Origin: an uncultured Eubacteriales bacterium
Lineage (GTDB): Bacteria; Bacillota; Clostridia; Oscillospirales; CAG-272
Direction of reading: 5' to 3'
Length of the DNA stretch: 64,000 nucleotides
Assembly (NCBI GenBank): GCA_900546315.1
Contig: URCP01000001.1
Span: 2,852-66,851, forward strand
The stretch's first letter is position 1, and each line of letters opens with the position of its first letter. Both the position numbers and the translations under genes were made by a program. This document shows positions 53,070 through 62,676 of this stretch, in pieces. Below the pieces are notes generated by a model. It worked only from the letters and a program-made list of their open reading frames with translations. It was not told the origin of the DNA and ran no database searches.

Positions 53070-55040
53070 TCAGACAGTGTATTCCTGACGCGCTATGACG
53101 TGATCCTGATATTCCTTGTCGAGCTCGACGAAGTACGCGCTCCAGCCCCAGATCCTGACGACAAGGCGCTTGTGATCCTCGGGATGCTTCTGCGCGTCCT
53201 TCATTGTCTCGAGGTTCACGGCGTTCAGCTGGAGCTGATGTCCTCCGCGGTCTATGAAATACTTCACGATCGACGCGACCTTCTCAAGGCTGCCCTCGCC
53301 GCGGAAAACGCTGTTGTGGAACTCGAGCGTGAGCGGTCCACCGTTTATCGCGCGCACAAAATGCTGCTTCGTGAAGGACTTCACGACGGAAACCGGTCCT
53401 GAGACCTTCGCGAACAGGCTCGCCGAGAAGTTCGTGCCGAAAGGCTCTCCGCTGCGGCGGCCGTCCGGGGACGCGCCGATCTCTCTCGCGTGCCAGAGGT
53501 AGAACATAGCGCTTCCGGTTCCCGCGCGCCAAACGCCGCCCTCGCAGTTCTTCTTTCCTTCAAGGCAGTCGGCGAAGGTGTCGAGCAGCTCAACCGAGAT
53601 ATTGTCGACATAATCGTCGTCACAGCCCATCTTCGGCGCCTCGTTTCTGAGCTTGTCAAGAAGCTCCGGAGAGTTCTCAAAGTTCTCGTCCACCGCCTTC
53701 AGCATATCCGCGGCGCTTATGTACTTTTCGTCAAAGACATACTTCTTTATAGCGGCGAGCGAGTCAGCGGCGGTCGCGATTCCTGTTCCGTGCATACCGA
53801 AATTGCGATATTTTATGTCGTCGAGCATCACGCCCATGAACGGCGACGGGACGAACCACAGATCGTGTATGCCGTTCATTATTTCCTCGCACTCCGAGTT
53901 AATCTCCTTCTTCGTGAGCGCCATGACCTCGTCGAAGTCCTTGCAGTCTGTAAAGCCGTTGTGGAGCATCCTGTCCACCGCCTTCGGGTAGGACATCGCG
54001 CCGATATTCACGACGTCGAACGCGCATCCGGGAATGATGAACTCCCAGCAAGCGGCGACGACATAGTTCGCGGCGTCCTCCGGCGCGTATCCCTTGCGCT
54101 TCAGCCCCTCAATGACGACGTCGTCGTTCGAGTACTGCGGGAAACCGAGCCCCGCCTTCGTGAGCTCAGTGCCGAGTATGTACTGCTCCATCGGCGTCTT
54201 CTTCGACACGCGGAGATTTATCTTCGGGTCGATGAGCTTCAGGTCGCGGCTCGCGATCAGGCAGAGCCTAGAGAGCTCGTTGAAGACGTCATTTCCGTTC
54301 TCGTCGATGCCGCCGAGGACCATCGACTGTCCGTTGTCTCCCTGCTGAACGCCGACATAGAGATCCGAGTCCTTGTTGAACGAGATGAAGAAGTCCTTCA
54401 GAAGCTCGAGCGCCGTCTCCTCGGTATAGACGCCCTTGTCCATATCCGCCCTGAAATACGGATACATATACTTGTCAAAGCGTCCGGTGGTGTTGTGATA
54501 GTTGCCCTCGAGCCAGAGCGAGAAATGCAGGATGCGGAACATCTGCAGAGCCTCGCGGAAGCTCGTCGCGCCGTATCTCGGCACTCTCTCGAGCACCTTC
54601 GCGATATCCTCGCGGCCGACCCTCAGCGCCTCCTCGCGGTATCTGTCGGCGAGAGCGATTATATTGTCAATGGCGCGCTTTCCGTACTCGTCCGCGCCCT
54701 TCCTCAGAGCGAGAAGACCCTTCGATATCGCCTTTTCGTAATCCGGCGAGAGGTTCGAGATATATCCGAGCTCGTGGATGAAGTGCTTCGAGCGTATCTC
54801 CTTCCACTCATCCTCAGTGAAGCAGTCCGGGATATTCTTCACCGTGCGGACAAAGCAGATCTTCTCGTCCGGGAGAATGTGCGGCTTCTCTGCCTTCGTG
54901 AGCCTCTCAAAGCGATCCGCCATCCTCTCGACCGGGCTCATCTTTGCCTCGCTGTATATCTTCGCGAGCGGTTCGGTGTATTCCTCGCGGAAAGCGTGAT
55001 GCTTCTTCGCGAGAACATATTCAAGCAGTTCTTGTGACAT
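53070..55040 (-). CDS. Glycyl radical enzyme, unusually short (656 aa), PFL2/dehydratase-like
   Basis: C-terminal glycyl-radical motif LVVRIWGWSAYFVEL and a Cys-x-Glu catalytic-loop candidate VVAACWEFIIPG. The stop lies 2 nt before the activase start. Confidence 0.8.
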   Translation of the reverse strand: MSQELLEYVLAKKHHAFREEYTEPLAKIYSEAKMSPVERMADRFERLTKAEKPHILPDEKICFVRTVKNIPDCFTEDEWKEIRSKHFIHELGYISNLSPDYEKAISKGLLALRKGADEYGKRAIDNIIALADRYREEALRVGREDIAKVLERVPRYGATSFREALQMFRILHFSLWLEGNYHNTTGRFDKYMYPYFRADMDKGVYTEETALELLKDFFISFNKDSDLYVGVQQGDNGQSMVLGGIDENGNDVFNELSRLCLIASRDLKLIDPKINLRVSKKTPMEQYILGTELTKAGLGFPQYSNDDVVIEGLKRKGYAPEDAANYVVAACWEFIIPGCAFDVVNIGAMSYPKAVDRMLHNGFTDCKDFDEVMALTKKEINSECEEIMNGIHDLWFVPSPFMGVMLDDIKYRNFGMHGTGIATAADSLAAIKKYVFDEKYISAADMLKAVDENFENSPELLDKLRNEAPKMGCDDDYVDNISVELLDTFADCLEGKKNCEGGVWRAGTGSAMFYLWHAREIGASPDGRRSGEPFGTNFSASLFAKVSGPVSVVKSFTKQHFVRAINGGPLTLEFHNSVFRGEGSLEKVASIVKYFIDRGGHQLQLNAVNLETMKDAQKHPEDHKRLVVRIWGWSAYFVELDKEYQDHVIARQEYTV

Positions 55041-55096
55041 ATAATCAAGTCCTTTCCTTGGGATAAATCCGTATGGTATTCCGAGCTTACAATTAT

Positions 55097-55124
55097 ATTA
55101 TAACAGAGTTTGTCCGCTTGTCAA
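55097..55124 (-). promoter_or_regulatory. Promoter of the GRE-activase-GH36 operon
   Basis: On the minus strand: TTGACA, 16-nt spacer, TATAAT. Confidence 0.75.
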
Positions 55125-55240
55125 TATTTTTCACTGGACATAAATATACTTTTTCTGGTCATACCGGGCGAGAAAACAACGCGGCGCGTTACCGACGCGA
55201 ATATTTACCGGAATCTGCATAAAAAAAACTGAAAATTCCA

Positions 55241-55269
55241 TTGATTTCCGGAGCGGGATGTGGTAATAT
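55241..55269 (+). promoter_or_regulatory. Promoter of the FucI-like gene
   Basis: TTGATT, 17-nt spacer, TAATAT. Confidence 0.65.
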
Positions 55270-55336
55270 AGATATAGACGCGGTCTGTCCGCGCCCTTAC
55301 ATTAAAAAATCAATTTTTCACAAAGGAGATTTACAT

Positions 55337-57103
55337 ATGAACAAACCGATCATAGGTATCCGCCCCATCATCGACGGACGCCGCAGAGGCATCCGCGAGA
55401 GCCTTGAAGACCAGACCATGAACATGGCGAAGGCGGCGAAGGAACTCATCGAGTCAAAGCTCTTCTACCCGGACGGCACCCACGTCGAGTGCGTCATCGC
55501 CGACACAACGATCGGCGGCGGGGCGGAGGCTGCTGCCTGCGCCGAGAAATTCTCGAAGCTCAACGTCTGCGCGACCCTCTCGGTCACTCCCTGCTGGTGC
55601 TACGGCAGCGAGACGATGGACCTCGATCCCCTGACCACCAAGGCTGTCTGGGGCTTCAACGGAACCGAGCGCCCCGGCGCCGTATATCTCGCGGCTGTCA
55701 TGGCGGCTCACGCGCAGAGAGGTCTCCCGGCGTTCGCCATCTACGGTCACGACGTTCAGGACATGAACGACACCACCATCCCGGCTGACGTGGAGGAGAA
55801 GATCCTGCGTTTCGCGCGCTGTGCAATCGCTGTCGGAATGATGCGCGGCAAGGCGTACTGCGGACTCGGAGCGGTCGCGATGGGTATCGCGGGCTCATTT
55901 GAGGATCCGGACTTCTTACAGAAGTATCTCGGTATCCGCGCGGAGTGGGTTGACATGGTCGAAATCCTCAGAAGGATAGACCTTGGCATCTACGATCACG
56001 CCGAGTACGAGAAGGAACTCGCGTGGATCAAGAAGAACTGCAAGAAGGGACTCGAGGTCAACATCCCCGAACTTCAGAACAACGCGGAACAGGACGAGAA
56101 GGAATGGGAATTCATCGCGAAGATGACTATCATCGTCCGCGACATAATGCTTGGAAACCCTGTCCTGGCGGACATGGGATATGTCGAGGAGTCGAACGGC
56201 AGAAACGCCATCTTCGGCGGCTTCCAGGGTCAGCGCCAGTGGACCGACTACAAGCCGAACGCTGACTTCACCGAGGCTATTCTCAACACGACCTTTGACT
56301 GGAACGGCAAGCGTCCTCCGTTCATTCTCGCTACCGAGAACGACGGACTCAACGGACTCGCGATGCTGCTTCTGAATCTTGTCACGAACCGTCCGGCTAT
56401 CTTCTCTGACGTGCGCACATACTGGTCACCCGACGCTGTTAAGAGAGTGGCGGACTATGAAGTGACCGGCAAAGCGGCGAACGGCTTCATGCACCTTATA
56501 AACTCCGGCGCTTCGGCGCTCGACGGAAACGGCGCTTCGAAGGACGAGAACGGCGAGTCCGTCATGAAGGAATGGTGGAACGTCACCGACGCCGATATGC
56601 AGGCAATGCTTGAGGCAACCAAGTGGGCTCCAGCAAACAAAGGCTACTTCAGAGGCGGCGGATTCTCAAGCCAGTATGTCTCCAAGGGCGAAATGCCCGT
56701 GACCATGGTGAGAGTCAACCTTGTTGACAAGCTCGGACCGGTCATTCAGATTGCCGAGGGTTACACCGTTGAGCTTCCGGAAAAGGTTAACCACGCTCTT
56801 CTCGACCGCACCGACCCGACCTGGCCGTCCATCTGGTTCGCACCGTCGCTCACCGGCGAAGGCGCGTTCACGGATGTATACAGCGTAATGGCAAACTGGG
56901 GCGCAAACCACGGCGCGTCCGTATACGGACACGTCGGCGCGGACATCATCACACTGGCGTCGATGCTCAGAATTCCGGTTTCGATGCACAACGTCCCGGC
57001 AGACAAGATCTACCGCCCGCACGCGTGGTCCGCTTTCGGCACCACCAACACCGAAGACGCTGACTACAGAGCCTGCGCGGCTTACGGTCCGTTATACAAA
57101 TAA
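55337..57103 (+). CDS. fucI: L-fucose isomerase family protein
   Basis: 588 aa. N-terminal sequence [30 protein letters not shown]... and ...[12 protein letters not shown] are recognised as FucI-like. The ATG at 55337 follows AAGGAG. Confidence 0.8.
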   Translation: MNKPIIGIRPIIDGRRRGIRESLEDQTMNMAKAAKELIESKLFYPDGTHVECVIADTTIGGGAEAAACAEKFSKLNVCATLSVTPCWCYGSETMDLDPLTTKAVWGFNGTERPGAVYLAAVMAAHAQRGLPAFAIYGHDVQDMNDTTIPADVEEKILRFARCAIAVGMMRGKAYCGLGAVAMGIAGSFEDPDFLQKYLGIRAEWVDMVEILRRIDLGIYDHAEYEKELAWIKKNCKKGLEVNIPELQNNAEQDEKEWEFIAKMTIIVRDIMLGNPVLADMGYVEESNGRNAIFGGFQGQRQWTDYKPNADFTEAILNTTFDWNGKRPPFILATENDGLNGLAMLLLNLVTNRPAIFSDVRTYWSPDAVKRVADYEVTGKAANGFMHLINSGASALDGNGASKDENGESVMKEWWNVTDADMQAMLEATKWAPANKGYFRGGGFSSQYVSKGEMPVTMVRVNLVDKLGPVIQIAEGYTVELPEKVNHALLDRTDPTWPSIWFAPSLTGEGAFTDVYSVMANWGANHGASVYGHVGADIITLASMLRIPVSMHNVPADKIYRPHAWSAFGTTNTEDADYRACAAYGPLYK

Positions 57104-57117
57104 GACCTGAAACACAT

Positions 57118-57159
57118 ACAGCGCCGTCCCGCTTAAGCGGGACGGCGCTGTAGTTTTTT
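57118..57159 (+). terminator. Terminator after the FucI-like gene
   Basis: CAGCGCCGTCCCGC-TTAA-GCGGGACGGCGCTG, followed by TAGTTTTTT. Confidence 0.9.
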
Positions 57160-57164
57160 GTTAT

Positions 57165-58604
57165 TCAGTTCGCTTTGTAGACGTCTGTTATCAGCTTCTG
57201 GACGTTGTCCGCCACCTTATTCTTCACCTTCGCGTAGTAGGTCGGGAGGGATTCGCCGGATGTGATCACCGAGATTATGCTGAAGTCCGCCGCCTCGTCG
57301 TAGAAGGACGCGCTGTCATTGATTATCGGTATCATCTGCTCCGACTCGGTGTCGCGCGCTATCTTGACCGTCAGCGCAACGTCGAAATACGCCGGCACAA
57401 CCGTATTGTAGGACACTGCGGACATTACCTCGAGCACCGCTCCGGTGAGCTCCGGTCTCGTGTTCGTCACCGGGATATAGCTGAGCCCCGCGCAGTTTCC
57501 GACGCGGACGTTGTAGCCTTCCTGCGCCTCGTCAAACTTCGGGTAAGGAACAAAGCCGAAATCGTCCTTCATATCACGCATATTCCGGATATCGCCGAGA
57601 CTCGAGTGATCAAACATCAGAGTACCGTTCTTGAACGCCGTGTCGAAGGTTCCGTAAGTCGCCGTCTCATACGCCGCGCCGTCCATCGCGAAAAGCTCGT
57701 TCATCTTTTCGACAACCGCGATGTTGCGCTCGGTCTCTATCGATATGACCGGCATATTGTCCTTGTCCTTCGTTATGACGTCTCCGCCGAGAGCCATGTA
57801 GAGCGACGGGACGCTCTCCCAGAGCCAGCCCCAATAGCCGAACTGGTCGACATTCGGGTCAATGATCGTGTCACCATTAAGATCGCGCGTTGCGCTCGCG
57901 ACCATTTCGACAAATCTGTCATATGTCCACTTCCCGTCAAGCACAAGCTGATAGGGATAATCATACCCCGCCTCATTGACAAGACGCTTGTTGAATGCGA
58001 GGATATGCGACGCTCTCAGTATCTCGAGGTTGTACATTCCGGTCATCGCGTATATCTTGTTGCCGTAATTAATGTCGCGTATACAGTTCGCATACCAGTA
58101 CGGCTTCGAAAAGTCTACATTCGGAAGCGTATTCCAGTCAATGAAGCACCCCTCGGAGATAAGCCCCGGCATACCGGAATGCTGAACGTGGATGAAGAGA
58201 TCATTCGAGGTATCGCCTGACATGACGAACGAACGTATCTGCTGCGTCGCGGCGCCCTGCGAGCCTCCGTCCGTAGCGAATCCGCCTTCGGTGAATTTCA
58301 GACTGATTCCGAGCCGCTCCTCCACAGCGCGGTTGCGCTCCCATATTGCGTCGTCAACATTGTCACCCGTCTCTTCCTCAACAAACATCGTTTTGACCGG
58401 ATACGCGAGATAAATATTGAATTCCTCGCCGTCAAAACGTATGTCCCCGAGATCGTCTGTGACCGTTTTTTCAGTCTCCTCCACGGTCGTCGACTCCTCG
58501 GTATTTCCTGAAGTATCATCCTTCTCCGTGCCTGCGGAAGAACCGCAGGACACCGCGGACACAAGCATCAGAAGGGCGAGGACAAACGAAATCTTTCTGT
58601 TCAT
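57165..58604 (-). CDS. ABC-type extracellular solute-binding lipoprotein (orphan, paralog 3)
   Basis: Lipobox in LLMLVSAVSC-GSS. ~480 aa. Confidence 0.75.
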   Translation of the reverse strand: MNRKISFVLALLMLVSAVSCGSSAGTEKDDTSGNTEESTTVEETEKTVTDDLGDIRFDGEEFNIYLAYPVKTMFVEEETGDNVDDAIWERNRAVEERLGISLKFTEGGFATDGGSQGAATQQIRSFVMSGDTSNDLFIHVQHSGMPGLISEGCFIDWNTLPNVDFSKPYWYANCIRDINYGNKIYAMTGMYNLEILRASHILAFNKRLVNEAGYDYPYQLVLDGKWTYDRFVEMVASATRDLNGDTIIDPNVDQFGYWGWLWESVPSLYMALGGDVITKDKDNMPVISIETERNIAVVEKMNELFAMDGAAYETATYGTFDTAFKNGTLMFDHSSLGDIRNMRDMKDDFGFVPYPKFDEAQEGYNVRVGNCAGLSYIPVTNTRPELTGAVLEVMSAVSYNTVVPAYFDVALTVKIARDTESEQMIPIINDSASFYDEAADFSIISVITSGESLPTYYAKVKNKVADNVQKLITDVYKAN

Positions 58605-58661
58605 TGCAAACTCCTTTTTGTGATATAATCATATTTTTCAAGGTTATTCCAACAACATATA

Positions 58662-58690
58662 ATTATACACGTAAAAAGCAGTCATGTCAA
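58662..58690 (-). promoter_or_regulatory. Promoter of SBP paralog 3
   Basis: On the minus strand: TTGACA (tandem TTGACATTGACA), 17-nt spacer, TATAAT. Confidence 0.75.
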
Positions 58691-58722
58691 TGTCAAAAGT
58701 TCAAGAAACCATTGCAAAAAAC

Positions 58723-61218
58723 TCATTTCTCGGTAAAGTTCTCAATATCGGATAAACGCGACACTATGTAGCGCTGCGCGTCTATGTCGAACAACGTCAT
58801 TATGTATGTGCGATCGGTCGACGAACCAATCGCCGTCAGTATGCCGATGTCACGACCCGCCCTCGTCGGACGCTTCGCGCTCGTCCCGTCACTCTGAGTC
58901 ACTGTCTCGAGAAATCCCCTCGACATCAGCCACTTATTTATACGCACCGACGTTATCTTCGGTCTTCCCTCGCGTATCTGATAGCAATTCACGCGATCCG
59001 CGATCAGGCTCACCGTCACGCAGTCCTCGCCGATCTCGACATCCGGAAGTCCGCGGTCAGGCTGAACATCATCACTCTCCCGAATCTCCTCCTCGGCAGG
59101 CATCCCCGGCGTCTCCGGAATATTGTATCCACCTGCAAATAGCGGATCAGCCGGCGGTTCTTCAATATCGACCGGCGGCGGAATCAGTTCAGCCGACGGC
59201 TCCATCATGTCGTACTCAATATTGTACGGCATGTCGTTCTCATTGTCACGCCCCTCAACCCAGTTGTCATACGCCTCGGAGCCGCTCCTTCCGCCGTCAG
59301 GCACAGCCGCCGCGCCATTGCCGTCAAGATACCCGGCGATCTCATCCTCGAATATCTTTCCGTACTTCGCGAGCTTGACCCCGCCGACCCCGGAAACATC
59401 CCTCATCGCGTCGTCCGTGACCGGCTTCTTCATCGCCATGTCCGTCAGCGTGCTGTCCGGGAACACCACATAAGCCGGTACGTTCTGCTCATCGGCGATC
59501 CTCCGTCTGAGCGCGCGGAGCACCTCGAACAGGTCCTTATCATAGCTGCCCGGAACCGCCTTCGGTTTTTCGGAACCGCGAGAGCGCGTCTCACGGCGTG
59601 TCCTTGCGCGGGTTCCGCTTCCGGCGCCATCATTCTCCTTTGCGTCCTCGGCCTCCGAATTCTCGGTCGTGCGCACCTTTATGTACACTTTATCGCCGCC
59701 GTGTATTATCTGTCCGGACTTCTCGCCGAGGGTCAGGCACTGATACTGATTGTTCGTCTTCTTTATATATCCGCCGACCGTCAGGACATTCACGAGCTCC
59801 CGCAGGTCATCCTCGGATCTGTCCTTTATGATACCGAATGTCGTCAGCGTGTCGAAGCCGAGCTCCCTTATCCGCTTCGTCTTCTTTCCGAGCAGGACGT
59901 CAGTGACCATCTTCGCGCCGTACGGAGTCTTCATTCTGGCGATACAGCAGAGCATCTTGCTCGCCTCGACGCTCATGTCGACCTCCTCGAACTCCGCGTC
60001 GCAGTTTCCGCAGTGACCGCAGTCACTGTCGACGCTCTCGCCAAAATAGTTCAGTATATACCGTCTCAGGCATTCCGTCGTCGTGCAGTACCTCGCCATC
60101 TCGTGCAGACGGCGGAGGTTCTGCTCCTTGATCACATACTCCGTCTGCTTATCCGGATATTCGACATCATTCGGAGATTCGATAAGCCTCTGATTCGTCA
60201 GGATATCCTGCCTTGAGAACAGGAGAATACAGTCGGCGGGGCTGCCGTCGCGACCCGCTCTCCCCGCCTCCTGATAATAGCTCTCAAGGTCCTTCGGCAT
60301 ATTGTAATGGACGACGAAAGACACGTTCGATTTATCAATGCCCATTCCGAACGCGTTCGTCGCGACCATCACCTGCACGCGGTCGAAAATGAAGTCGTCC
60401 TGATTCTTCCGGCGCTCGTCGTCGGAGAGCCCGGCGTGATAGCGCGACGCGCTGATTCCGGCGTCGCATAACTGCTCACACACGGTATCAACATTTGCCC
60501 TTGTCGAGCAGTAGACAATACCGCTCCGGTCGGGGCGGTTCTTTATTATCCCGAGCAGCTCGGCTGGCTTCGACGCCGGACGCCTAACCTCGAAATACAG
60601 ATTCTTCCGGTCGAAGCTCGTGACAAGCAGCTCCGGAGAGACGAGACCAAGCTTACTTCTGATGTCGTCCCGGACTTTCGGAGTCGCGGTCGCCGTGAAC
60701 GCGCAGACGACCGGACGCTTCCTGAGGCGGGACAGAAAATCCGGAATGCCGGTATAACTCGGTCTGAAATCCTGACCCCACTGCGAGATACAGTGCGCTT
60801 CGTCAACACACAGCATCGATATCTCCGTCCCCGCGGCGAAATCTATGAAATCACGGGAGGTAAGCCGCTCCGGCGCTACATAGATAAGCTTATAAGCGCC
60901 GGAGTGAGCCTTCGAGAAGACTGCCGACTGCTGTGCCTCGGTAAGCGATGAATTAATATATGCCGCCGGTATGCCGGCCTCGGTCAGGGCTCCGACCTGA
61001 TCTTTCATAAGCGAGATCAGCGGGGAAACAACTATCGCCGTGCCGTCCATTATCATCGCCGGTATCTGATAGCATATGGATTTGCCCGCGCCGGTCGGCA
61101 TGACGCCGAGACAGTCGCGTCCGGACAGAATGCAGTTTATCAGGGTCTCCTGCCCCTCTCTGAATGAGTCATAGCCGAAGTATCTTTTGAGTATTTCGGC
61201 GGGTGTCGGTCTGTTCAA
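58723..61218 (-). CDS. recQ: ATP-dependent DNA helicase RecQ with a ~230-aa C-terminal extension
   Basis: Motifs FGYDSFREGQ, PTGAGKS, DEAH, zinc-binding CGHCGNC and an HRDC-like segment. TTG start 7 nt after GAGG. Confidence 0.9.
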   Translation of the reverse strand: MNRPTPAEILKRYFGYDSFREGQETLINCILSGRDCLGVMPTGAGKSICYQIPAMIMDGTAIVVSPLISLMKDQVGALTEAGIPAAYINSSLTEAQQSAVFSKAHSGAYKLIYVAPERLTSRDFIDFAAGTEISMLCVDEAHCISQWGQDFRPSYTGIPDFLSRLRKRPVVCAFTATATPKVRDDIRSKLGLVSPELLVTSFDRKNLYFEVRRPASKPAELLGIIKNRPDRSGIVYCSTRANVDTVCEQLCDAGISASRYHAGLSDDERRKNQDDFIFDRVQVMVATNAFGMGIDKSNVSFVVHYNMPKDLESYYQEAGRAGRDGSPADCILLFSRQDILTNQRLIESPNDVEYPDKQTEYVIKEQNLRRLHEMARYCTTTECLRRYILNYFGESVDSDCGHCGNCDAEFEEVDMSVEASKMLCCIARMKTPYGAKMVTDVLLGKKTKRIRELGFDTLTTFGIIKDRSEDDLRELVNVLTVGGYIKKTNNQYQCLTLGEKSGQIIHGGDKVYIKVRTTENSEAEDAKENDGAGSGTRARTRRETRSRGSEKPKAVPGSYDKDLFEVLRALRRRIADEQNVPAYVVFPDSTLTDMAMKKPVTDDAMRDVSGVGGVKLAKYGKIFEDEIAGYLDGNGAAAVPDGGRSGSEAYDNWVEGRDNENDMPYNIEYDMMEPSAELIPPPVDIEEPPADPLFAGGYNIPETPGMPAEEEIRESDDVQPDRGLPDVEIGEDCVTVSLIADRVNCYQIREGRPKITSVRINKWLMSRGFLETVTQSDGTSAKRPTRAGRDIGILTAIGSSTDRTYIMTLFDIDAQRYIVSRLSDIENFTEK

Positions 61219-61324
61219 TGTCTTACCTCGTCTTTCTTCATCAATTCCAAAAATTTTTGTACTTTTTTGTCGATTATCGGGAACAAAACTTCACTGGTAC
61301 GCGTCTAATTGTCTGAACATAAGC

Positions 61325-61414
61325 TAAGGATACACTGAATAAATCGGGTTTTCGCAGAAAAAAGGATTTATGGGATTTTTTCTGCGAAAACAACCTTAAA
61401 TCAGTGTTTCCTTA
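61325..61414. repeat. Palindromic repeat element, copy B (long form)
   Basis: TAAGGATACACTGA...TTTTCGCAGAAAAAA-loop-TTTTTTCTGCGAAAA...TCAGTGTTTCCTTA. Confidence 0.85.
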
Positions 61415-61448
61415 AATACCGATTCAATCTCCGGGGAGGCGTATCCAA

Positions 61449-62519
61449 GTGCGTAACAAATTCATTAATTTCATCCTGACCGCTCTGCTTGCCGTGTCGG
61501 TCGCGACTCTGCCGTCCTGCTCGTCGCTCGCGGTCGGCGCCGAGGATGTGTCCGGTCAGGTGACGGCGGCGGTTATGCCGCAGGACGTGGGCGGTCTGCT
61601 CGGCGCCCTCGTCGCCGAAAGATCAGGCTCAACATCCGCCGATGATGATACATCTGCTCCGGAGGAAACAACCGGTGAGTCCGCGGATGATTCTGTCGCC
61701 GCTGACGACACGGTCACCACGGATAACGACACAGCCGCGGACAGCACAACGTCCGATGACGAACCAACAGCCGACGAGACAACCGGTGAGGCTGAGACAA
61801 CGCCGTCGGAAACCGATGACACGACTGGAACTCAGCCGGAAACCACCGCCGAGGAACCTGCCCCGAAGACAAAGCAGCCATATAAGTCCGGCGACAAGGT
61901 CGTTTACCTGACCTTCGACGACGGCCCGCACAAGAAAAATACCGAGCGGATACTGAAAATCCTCGACGACTACGGTGTCAAGGCGACATTCTTCGTCATC
62001 GGAAACCGTGTCTCCGTCTATCCGGATCAGCTGAAGGCAGTGCGCGACGCCGGTCACGCTATAGGGTGCCACTCGTATGATCATGTCTACAAGACTCTCA
62101 CGACCCCGGACGGCGTGAAGACCGAGATCGCCGACTGGGAATCCGCCGCGAAGAAGGCGCTCGGCGAAGTTCCTTCCGAAAAGCTCTTCCGCTTTCCCGG
62201 CGGCTCGCCGACGAAGGACACCGCGGGCTGCAAGGCGGCTGTCGCGGAACTCGGGTACACCGGCTACGACTGGAACTGCCTCGACAATGACTGTCTGATA
62301 CGCAAGTGTCCGAAAGATACAGATGTCGAAGAATGGATGAAGCAGTCCTTCATCTCAACCTACAAATACGGCTCATCACTCAAGAACGCGCCGCTCATCG
62401 TCCTCGCGCACGAAACGTACGACGAGACGGTCGACATACTCGGATGGATGATAGAGTATCTGCAAAACGAAGGCTATACCTTCGGCACGCTCGACACGCT
62501 TGAGTCGTGGTATTACTGA
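61449..62519 (+). CDS. Polysaccharide deacetylase (NodB-homology) lipoprotein with a T/D/E-rich linker
   Basis: Lipobox LPSC. NodB motifs TFDDGP and HSYDH. GTG start after GGAGG. Confidence 0.85.
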   Translation: MRNKFINFILTALLAVSVATLPSCSSLAVGAEDVSGQVTAAVMPQDVGGLLGALVAERSGSTSADDDTSAPEETTGESADDSVAADDTVTTDNDTAADSTTSDDEPTADETTGEAETTPSETDDTTGTQPETTAEEPAPKTKQPYKSGDKVVYLTFDDGPHKKNTERILKILDDYGVKATFFVIGNRVSVYPDQLKAVRDAGHAIGCHSYDHVYKTLTTPDGVKTEIADWESAAKKALGEVPSEKLFRFPGGSPTKDTAGCKAAVAELGYTGYDWNCLDNDCLIRKCPKDTDVEEWMKQSFISTYKYGSSLKNAPLIVLAHETYDETVDILGWMIEYLQNEGYTFGTLDTLESWYY

Positions 62520-62548
62520 TTGCCAAGCTTTTCCGCCTGCCGGAACAA

Positions 62549-62637
62549 GGAAAACACTGATCTGAGGTTGTTTTCCCAGAAAAAATCCACAAATTCAAGA
62601 TTTTTTCTGGGAAAACCCGAATTATTCAGTGCTTTCC
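62549..62637. repeat. Palindromic repeat element, copy C (long form, inverted relative to copy B)
   Basis: The reverse complement aligns with copy B at roughly 85% identity outside the loop (by eye). Confidence 0.85.
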
Positions 62638-62676
62638 AAGTTTCCGGCGGGCGTTTTTTCTGTCCGTCGGAAGCGC

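Noticed and set aside
61219-62676. Calling the repeat-flanked deacetylase cassette a transposon or mobile element
   Set aside because: There is no transposase, integrase or recombinase gene in the window and no obvious target-site duplication. The elements are therefore reported only as repeats.
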